DNA from: a virus
Lineage: Duplodnaviria > Caudoviricetes
IMG/VR virus record: IMGVR_UViG_3300030060_001275
Coordinates: 1 to 52,681 of that record
DNA: 52,681 nucleotides
Reading direction: 5' to 3' (one strand)
Under the pieces are notes generated by a model that was not told the origin of the DNA, made no database searches, and saw only the letters and a program-made list of their open reading frames with translations. Position 1 is the stretch's first letter. Each line of letters opens with the position of its first letter. The position numbers and the translations under genes are program-made. This document shows, in pieces, positions 46,796 to 52,681 of the stretch.

Positions 46796-48847
46796 TTATC
46801 CACCTCCTAAGAATCCCATAAACCCGCCTTTCGTTTTACTTGCCCCCGGTACACCAAATAGAGCAGTAGCAGCAAAGGAACCTAATGCTGAACTTGTAGC
46901 GGCATCTGCGGCGGCATCTGCGGCTCTTAATGTTGCATCAGCCGCAATACGAGATTGGGCAAGCTTATTAATACGATCTAACTCATTTTGTCCACCCGTC
47001 CATGCATACTCCATTTCATCCTCGTATGCTTGCCAGAGGTTGGCGTAGGCTTGCTCACTGACACCTAACACTGCTTGTGCATTAAATTGATTTGCAGCAT
47101 TAATAGCGGCAGTATTTATTGTAGCTATCTCTCTGCGCCACTGCGCGTTAGACTGAGCAATAACTACTTGATTTTGAGCATTAAATTGATCTCGTTGATT
47201 TTGTAGTTCTGAATTAAACTTTCTAACAGCAACGCCTTGCTCAATATTAAACTGTTCCATTGCATTAGATTGCGTTGAATTAAATTGAGATACTTGCGTA
47301 GCTAAGTTAGAGAAGAATTGATTAACTTGATTCTGTGAAGAAGCATTAAATTGTCTAGCGGCATTATCAGCCGATTGATCTGACAATAAAGCCTGCACAC
47401 GAGATTGAGCATCAAACATGACAGCTTGTTGTGAGTTAGATAAATTAGCCATATCCATCTGTAAAAATGATTGTGCATTTTGCACAGCGGCTTGTTGTCT
47501 ATTACTTAGATTAGTAGTTTCTAAATTAGCAATTTGAGCTATGTTAGCCATTTGAACAGCCTGACGATTAGTCAGATTATTAAGATCTACAGTTTGAGCT
47601 AGACGAGCATTTTCTAATGCAATCTGTTGTTCTGCATTAAAGTTAAGGTTCGCTATATCGGATACACGAGATGCATTCTGAACACGCGCTTGGAAAGACT
47701 GATCAAACTCTTGCCCAATAAACTGAGCACGTTGCTGTGCAGATAGCATTGCACGAGCCTGTCGGTTAGATAAATTTTGTAGTTCAAACTGAGACATCAC
47801 CTGCGCGTCTTGCACAGCTATTGGTAGGGCAGACTCCATTGCCGCTTGAATAATCGCCTGACCAGCCATAGAGGAAGCAGCAAGACCACGTTGAGCCATA
47901 ACTGCTGTTGCTTGCCGCATAGCACCTGCCGCCCATGTTGGAGTTGCCCCTCCATCAAAGTCAGCCATTAATTTAGCTAACTGACCTTGGACAGTTGCTT
48001 CTGTGCTAGGTTGTGCTTGTGCCGCTTCTACCTGTTCAGCAAACTGTGCCGCTACTGTAGCGTTTGCAGGTGCAGTCACTAACTCTTGTGCAGATAATGC
48101 ACGAGCATCTGGTGCAGTCACTCTAACAGCAGTATCAATCTGTGCCGCTTGTTGTGTTGCTACATCAGTTGACGTAGGTACAGTTGTTTGTGCTACCGCA
48201 GGTGCTGATACAGTGCCAATAGATGGTGCAGTAGAAGGAACTTGTCCAGAAGCTAGCATAGCTTGATATTGTTGTGCAGTAGGGGTAATAGGAGCAGTGG
48301 CTTGAGCAGTGGTAGCGATATTAGGAGTTTCTACCGCAGGAGCAGCACCTAATTGCGTACCCGCTGGTGAAATAGCTTGCTGAGTGCCGAATTGAACTCC
48401 TTGAGCCAGTTGTTGAGCACCTGCTGGCAATCCGGGTTGAAATACTTGTTGTGCCGATACATCTGTGATTGTAGGAAACTGTGTCTGATAAGTTACATTA
48501 CCAGATGCATCAGTTACAGGATTACCCTCTGTATCTAGCACCTGTTCCTGTACAGGCTGTCCCTGCGTATCAAGCACAGGTCCATAAGGGGCTTTCATTG
48601 GGACTGCTTGGCCTACGATAGGAGCACCTACGCCTTCAGACGTTTGTGTAATACCGCCTTCTTGTAACTTACGTACAAATCCTCCAGTATTCATACTCAT
48701 TATCTTAGCTCTGTTTTCCAATCCCATAAAAGCACGTTGTGCACCGGGATTGCTAGCTAAGAATTGATTGAAGTTTTCACGAGGTCCAGAATAACCAAGC
48801 TTCTGGGCAATGCGATCCATTTGGTTTTCTGAGAATCCCTTAAACAT
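46796..48847 (-). CDS. Gln/Ala/Asn-rich internal virion (DNA-ejection) protein
   Basis: 683 aa; long NL.N.QQA / QFNA helical repeats; Gly-rich hydrophobic C-terminus. Confidence 0.65.
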   Translation of the reverse strand: MFKGFSENQMDRIAQKLGYSGPRENFNQFLASNPGAQRAFMGLENRAKIMSMNTGGFVRKLQEGGITQTSEGVGAPIVGQAVPMKAPYGPVLDTQGQPVQEQVLDTEGNPVTDASGNVTYQTQFPTITDVSAQQVFQPGLPAGAQQLAQGVQFGTQQAISPAGTQLGAAPAVETPNIATTAQATAPITPTAQQYQAMLASGQVPSTAPSIGTVSAPAVAQTTVPTSTDVATQQAAQIDTAVRVTAPDARALSAQELVTAPANATVAAQFAEQVEAAQAQPSTEATVQGQLAKLMADFDGGATPTWAAGAMRQATAVMAQRGLAASSMAGQAIIQAAMESALPIAVQDAQVMSQFELQNLSNRQARAMLSAQQRAQFIGQEFDQSFQARVQNASRVSDIANLNFNAEQQIALENARLAQTVDLNNLTNRQAVQMANIAQIANLETTNLSNRQQAAVQNAQSFLQMDMANLSNSQQAVMFDAQSRVQALLSDQSADNAARQFNASSQNQVNQFFSNLATQVSQFNSTQSNAMEQFNIEQGVAVRKFNSELQNQRDQFNAQNQVVIAQSNAQWRREIATINTAAINAANQFNAQAVLGVSEQAYANLWQAYEDEMEYAWTGGQNELDRINKLAQSRIAADATLRAADAAADAATSSALGSFAATALFGVPGASKTKGGFMGFLGGG

Positions 48848-48848
48848 T

Positions 48849-49364
48849 TTAAATTAACTCCAGTGCTTTTTGTCGTGTCTCATCTATTCTACGTTCCCAC
48901 CCTTTACCAAATGTTTCGTATATAGATAGACCACGAATAAATTCTTGTCGTTGTTTAGTTACGCCATTAATAAGTTTTTCTATTTGTGTTATAACAATTT
49001 CATTGTGATCATTTTCTATAGTAGACCACACCATGTTGAGAGTGTTTGGACCAATGATGCCATCGGGGTTTGAAATTCCACAGACGGATTGGAGAGCTTT
49101 TGATGCACGGCTGATTCCTGAATTGACAGCATAATCCATAACAACACAAGCAACACTAACAGGTAGATCATCACCTTTGATGCGATCCCAGTAATCACGC
49201 TTGTAAAGTTCAGCCGCCTTTTCCTCCGTGAGATCCATGATGTTGATCTCTGGGTACGCCCTTTTCGATATGCCATACTTAGTTTCTCCACCGGGATCAG
49301 ATGGATGATTAACGTATCCACCTTCATGGTGTAAAACCATTTTAACTATTCTTGCAAAACTCAC
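48849..49364 (-). CDS. Endolysin, glycoside hydrolase family 108 (start revised to GTG 49364)
   Basis: HEGGYVNHPSDPGGETKYGI, DYAVNSG, DGIIGPNT, FGKGWERR; GAGG SD. Confidence 0.9.
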   Translation of the reverse strand: MSFARIVKMVLHHEGGYVNHPSDPGGETKYGISKRAYPEINIMDLTEEKAAELYKRDYWDRIKGDDLPVSVACVVMDYAVNSGISRASKALQSVCGISNPDGIIGPNTLNMVWSTIENDHNEIVITQIEKLINGVTKQRQEFIRGLSIYETFGKGWERRIDETRQKALELI

Positions 49365-49486
49365 TCTTGTTCCTCTGTGTTTTTTTCTTCTGCATGATCG
49401 TGACAACATTTACCATCTTCATGCTCGTGATCTGCTCCATCTGAGTGATCGTGACAACATGCATGTTTCTTTTCTTCTTGCGTCAT
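49361..49486 (-). CDS. 41-aa His/Cys/acidic peptide (not in ORF track)
   Basis: MTQEEKKHACCHDHSDGADHEHEDGKCCHDHAEEKNTEEQE; coupled on both sides (TAATG and GTGA overlaps). Confidence 0.7.
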   Translation of the reverse strand: MTQEEKKHACCHDHSDGADHEHEDGKCCHDHAEEKNTEEQE

Positions 49487-49860
49487 TACTTTTTCCTCAT
49501 GTTCATTAGTTTATCTGCGGATTTTATACCAAAACTTGCACTCACTACTAAGAATAAAAGATACTGATACCAATCGGGAAGATTATTAAGTGCAGCGAAT
49601 CCTTCATTGACTCGCTGTATAACTGAAGGATCGTTAATTATAACACTGTATGCAACACCTATCAAAGGTAGGGATATTAAAATAGCAAACCATTCATCTT
49701 TCCATGACTTGCCTGTAGCATCAGCCATTTTGTTTTCCCAATCGGCATCATTTTGAATAGAATTAATTTTGCGTTGTTGAATAGCTTTCTTTTCGTCTGC
49801 TTTACCTTTGATAAACTCTCTACCTAAATCAATGGCAGGTCCAAGTAACATTTGCAACAT
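49486..49860 (-). CDS. Holin (putative)
   Basis: SWKDEW, hydrophobic segments, LPDWYQY....ASFG, basic tail; next to the endolysin. Confidence 0.7.
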   Translation of the reverse strand: MLQMLLGPAIDLGREFIKGKADEKKAIQQRKINSIQNDADWENKMADATGKSWKDEWFAILISLPLIGVAYSVIINDPSVIQRVNEGFAALNNLPDWYQYLLFLVVSASFGIKSADKLMNMRKK

Positions 49861-50201
49861 TACTTTTTACTCCCCATATTACTAAAGCCAAAGTATGCTC
49901 CCACAATAGCGGCTACAGAAACGTAATAAATATTAGCCATCTGAGCTAAGTGAGTAGCGGCTGTATTTAAACCCACAAGCTCACATATCATCACTGAAGA
50001 GGGATATACGAGAAGTCCTACCAATGCGAACCATGACATAGCTCTTTGAGTGTCTCGCTTAGCATCTTCATCTGCCATCTTTCTGCGTAAATCTTCTAGC
50101 ATAATTTCTCTTTCTTCAGGATCTATTTTTCCGTTGCCGTTCTTGTCATACTTTTTTAACTCTTCCATGTTCTTTTTCCAAATACATCTGTTTTTATGCA
50201 A
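49860..50201 (-). CDS. Membrane protein with EF-hand-like loop (holin-like)
   Basis: DKNGNGKIDPEE followed by two TM segments; true start probably at MEELKK. Confidence 0.6.
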   Translation of the reverse strand: MHKNRCIWKKNMEELKKYDKNGNGKIDPEEREIMLEDLRRKMADEDAKRDTQRAMSWFALVGLLVYPSSVMICELVGLNTAATHLAQMANIYYVSVAAIVGAYFGFSNMGSKK

Positions 50202-50347
50202 ACAGATTCATAATTAACTTTTGGCTTTGGAGCTTGCTCCATGAGAAAATCACGAGCTTTAAAACATTCTTCCAAAGACATATATGGGCCTTGATGATGT
50301 ACGTAATATTGCTCCGCACTCAATAATAATGAAAATAGTATCCACAC
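50156..50347 (-). CDS. Hypothetical protein
   Basis: Hydrophobic start, Y.SLEEC...C motif. Confidence 0.5.
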   Translation of the reverse strand: MWILFSLLLSAEQYYVHHQGPYMSLEECFKARDFLMEQAPKPKVNYESVCIKTDVFGKRTWKS

Positions 50348-50352
50348 TTCAC

Positions 50353-50802
50353 TTATCTACCTTTAAATTTCATAAACCAGAGAAGTGCGTAAATACATAT
50401 CCCAACGGCACAAAGAGTGCCAATGATAACCCCAATACTAATAAAGATTTCTTTAACTTGTTGTTTTCTACGGGCTTTCGCCAATGCAATTCTTTTGCGT
50501 TCATTCTCTCTTCTTTCTTTTTGTACCCTAACATGTCTATCCCAATCTTGAAGTAAGCCGGGACGACCAGCCCAAATCATTAATTCACGTACCTGTCGGG
50601 TTTGTGCACGAATCTCTTCTAGTTTAAAGAAGGACTCCATATCGCCATTATCAGCCTTTTCTTGTAACTCTTCTTGTGCATTTGTTAGTTTACTTAAATG
50701 TGGTCCTATTTCTGTTATACTTTTAACATTTCCTGCCATTTCACGGATAGCTGATATTGCATCGTTAGCTATTTTAATTGCAGTAATGGTTTCAAAAATC
50801 AT
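50353..50802 (-). CDS. Membrane-anchored coiled-coil protein
   Basis: 149 aa with a C-terminal TM segment. Confidence 0.6.
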   Translation of the reverse strand: MIFETITAIKIANDAISAIREMAGNVKSITEIGPHLSKLTNAQEELQEKADNGDMESFFKLEEIRAQTRQVRELMIWAGRPGLLQDWDRHVRVQKERRENERKRIALAKARRKQQVKEIFISIGVIIGTLCAVGICIYALLWFMKFKGR

Positions 50803-51008
50803 TATGATGCCTGTGATATAAGGGCAACTACTGCTCCTAATACTGCAATTACATTAAGCATGACCATTGCTTCAAGTCTCCATAATCTTTTATCTAAACT
50901 ATTTAACTTATCATGCACATAACTATATCTAATAGCACACTCAGCTTCATGTTTTTCTAACTGAAGTTTTGTTTCCATTTCTAAACTAGGCTCTTGCTTT
51001 AATTTCAT
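50802..51008 (-). CDS. Small coiled-coil + TM protein
   Basis: HEAECAIRY...L..LE followed by a hydrophobic tail. Confidence 0.65.
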   Translation of the reverse strand: MKLKQEPSLEMETKLQLEKHEAECAIRYSYVHDKLNSLDKRLWRLEAMVMLNVIAVLGAVVALISQAS

Positions 51009-52096
51009 TATGCCGCTACATCCTCACGCATTTTAATTGGATTGGATGGTGATCTATCCAACCACTTACCCCACTCAGCATAGTAATGACGCATTCCTAC
51101 TTCATCGTGTATAGTTTCATTTTCATGTCTAGCATGAAGAATATTTCTTTTTTCTGTACCTTCACGCATGGTTGTGCCCTGACCAGATACACCAATCAGA
51201 TCCTCGTGCAGATTACGTCCGAATGGACCCCATATTGAATTGTGATGTTTGATACGAGTTTGTCTTTCTTTTTCTGTGTCTTTTTTAAGTCCGTATCCAC
51301 GAAACTCAATTAATACTTTATTTGGTCCAAGAGGTGTTACACTGTCTGAACGGTATGCACTACCACGTAGGTTAAAGTTAAAGCCGGGAAACAGATCTAC
51401 CATGTACCACTGATTAGGTGGCAAGTTAGGGAAGCTAAGTTCCCCTCTATCTTCAAATCCCTCATACTCTTCGTAATTCACAGTGAATGAACTTACGTTA
51501 ACATGCCCGTTATCAAACGGAATATTCTTACGTGCAAAATACTCTTCATTAAATCCACTGACTCTATTAAAGTAGTGCATAAAATCGTGATAAAACTCAC
51601 TGTTGGTATCATGCCAAAGTTTATAGTTAGTATCTATAATAGATTTATGATAATGGAATACTTCCATTTCTTCTGAATCAATTGCATCTGCAATACAGTC
51701 AAATGCACCTGCTGTCCATTCTTCTACACTCATAATAGGATTAGGGTCAAGGGTGACCCAAACCATACCGCCATGCTTAACTTCGCAATAAAGTTCACTT
51801 TTACCTAAAATATTTTTAATAGGCACTTTTCCTGCTGGTCCTGTGTATCGTGAATCGTTGTACACAGCCCTAACATCAGTTCCAGTATTAATAACAGCTA
51901 TATTTTTAAATGCAATTTGCGATGTTCTGTAGCTTCCTATATCTGACATTTCACTTATATGACAAACAGGAACCCATACTTTAGAAAAAATGTTTTCAAT
52001 TTCTTCATCAAATATCTGTTGATTGTTGTAACACTCACTACTGATATGTTCTATCTTTGGTGTCTTATTCCACTGTTTATAATTACGTGCTGGCAT
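51008..52096 (-). CDS. msmA: Methanesulfonate monooxygenase alpha subunit-like ring-hydroxylating oxygenase, lacking Rieske ligands
   Basis: EIENIFSKVWVPVCH.SE, TNYKLWHDTNSEFYHDFMH, LFPG, NLHED, DEVGMRHYY.EW; no CxH...CxxH motif. Confidence 0.75.
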   Translation of the reverse strand: MPARNYKQWNKTPKIEHISSECYNNQQIFDEEIENIFSKVWVPVCHISEMSDIGSYRTSQIAFKNIAVINTGTDVRAVYNDSRYTGPAGKVPIKNILGKSELYCEVKHGGMVWVTLDPNPIMSVEEWTAGAFDCIADAIDSEEMEVFHYHKSIIDTNYKLWHDTNSEFYHDFMHYFNRVSGFNEEYFARKNIPFDNGHVNVSSFTVNYEEYEGFEDRGELSFPNLPPNQWYMVDLFPGFNFNLRGSAYRSDSVTPLGPNKVLIEFRGYGLKKDTEKERQTRIKHHNSIWGPFGRNLHEDLIGVSGQGTTMREGTEKRNILHARHENETIHDEVGMRHYYAEWGKWLDRSPSNPIKMREDVAA

Positions 52097-52339
52097 TTAT
52101 AGTTCATCCGTATTTACAAAATCAGGATATTCCATGTCACGTTTAAAATGTTTTTTTATGACATCGATCATCTCATCATACTTAGCAATCTGTTCTATTT
52201 CTTGTTCTATAGCTTCCATAACATCAGAGTGCTCCCCAATACCAGCAGGATTATTTAAGTACACATGCACATTAGCTTTGTGTTTTGCAACATTACCTTC
52301 TGCGTATTTTAAAAATGCTTTAAGTAAAGTATCTTTCAT
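52097..52339 (-). CDS. Conserved hypothetical phage protein
   Basis: HKANV.VYL.NPAGIGEH motif. Confidence 0.65.
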   Translation of the reverse strand: MKDTLLKAFLKYAEGNVAKHKANVHVYLNNPAGIGEHSDVMEAIEQEIEQIAKYDEMIDVIKKHFKRDMEYPDFVNTDEL

Positions 52340-52681
52340 TTATATCTCTTTGGGCCAATCACTAATAGGGGCGGCAGTCTCACCATCTGGTATTTCATAT
52401 AAAGCCATAAACTTTGCATGAGTGTCACACGCACTTATTGCATCTTCGATAGTTTTGCATTTATCTCTGACAGCCGTTCTATAATTTGATATGGCAGGTG
52501 ATATCGAGGTTCCTTGATCCGCTTTTCTAATGACCATCCAGTCAGATGACGATAAGAGATTTCTCGCTTCCTCTTTTGTTCTTGCAATAGCAACTGACTT
52601 GAGTCCGAGCGTAACGACTTGCTTTCCATTTTCATCGAGAATGGCTTTGCCTTCGGAGTCAACTTCGTTTTTGTCATCAAG
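52340..52681 (-). CDS. Tail-fibre assembly-like protein, 5' end outside window
   Basis: Frame is open to the window edge: ...TLGLKS...LLSSSDWMVIRK...YRTAVR...DWP. Confidence 0.6.
   Translation of the reverse strand, partial: LDDKNEVDSEGKAILDENGKQVVTLGLKSVAIARTKEEARNLLSSSDWMVIRKADQGTSISPAISNYRTAVRDKCKTIEDAISACDTHAKFMALYEIPDGETAAPISDWPKEI

Noticed and set aside
49365-49409. N-terminal extension MLSRSCRRKKHRGTR of the endolysin
   Set aside because: A better start is GTG 49364 with a GAGG SD; the upstream bases encode the His/Cys peptide in another frame.

Overview
This is a near-complete, circularly permuted genome of a marine podovirus, most likely an HMO-2011-type phage of Alphaproteobacteria. 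That call rests on a family-A DNA polymerase with a DnaJ-type CxxCxGxG insertion, a tyrosine integrase, class Ia RNR and an MsmA-like gene. The minus-strand arm (19.2 kb down to 1, continuing from the window end down to 40.8 kb) encodes a cluster of Lys-rich small proteins with a SET-domain methyltransferase, plus TerS/TerL, portal, scaffold, capsid, tail, lysis and internal virion proteins. The plus-strand arm (20.1-40.6 kb) encodes early genes, tRNA-Cys, integrase and replication/nucleotide metabolism. Main signals not explained by standard annotation: (1) a recurring [K/Q]-[FMLY]-x-x-G-G tag in many late proteins, a candidate processing domain in the usual protease slot, and a tag-bracketed pre-toxin-like + methyltransferase payload on the largest virion protein; (2) a SET methyltransferase among histone-tail-like peptides; (3) eight copies of a 23-bp quasi-palindrome punctuating the early region; (4) a structured capsid leader RNA sharing an internal-loop motif with the scaffold leader; (5) ORF-less promoter-terminator units resembling sRNAs; (6) an unannotated His/Cys-rich peptide in the lysis cassette. 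All family assignments come from motif recognition by eye; no database searches were run.
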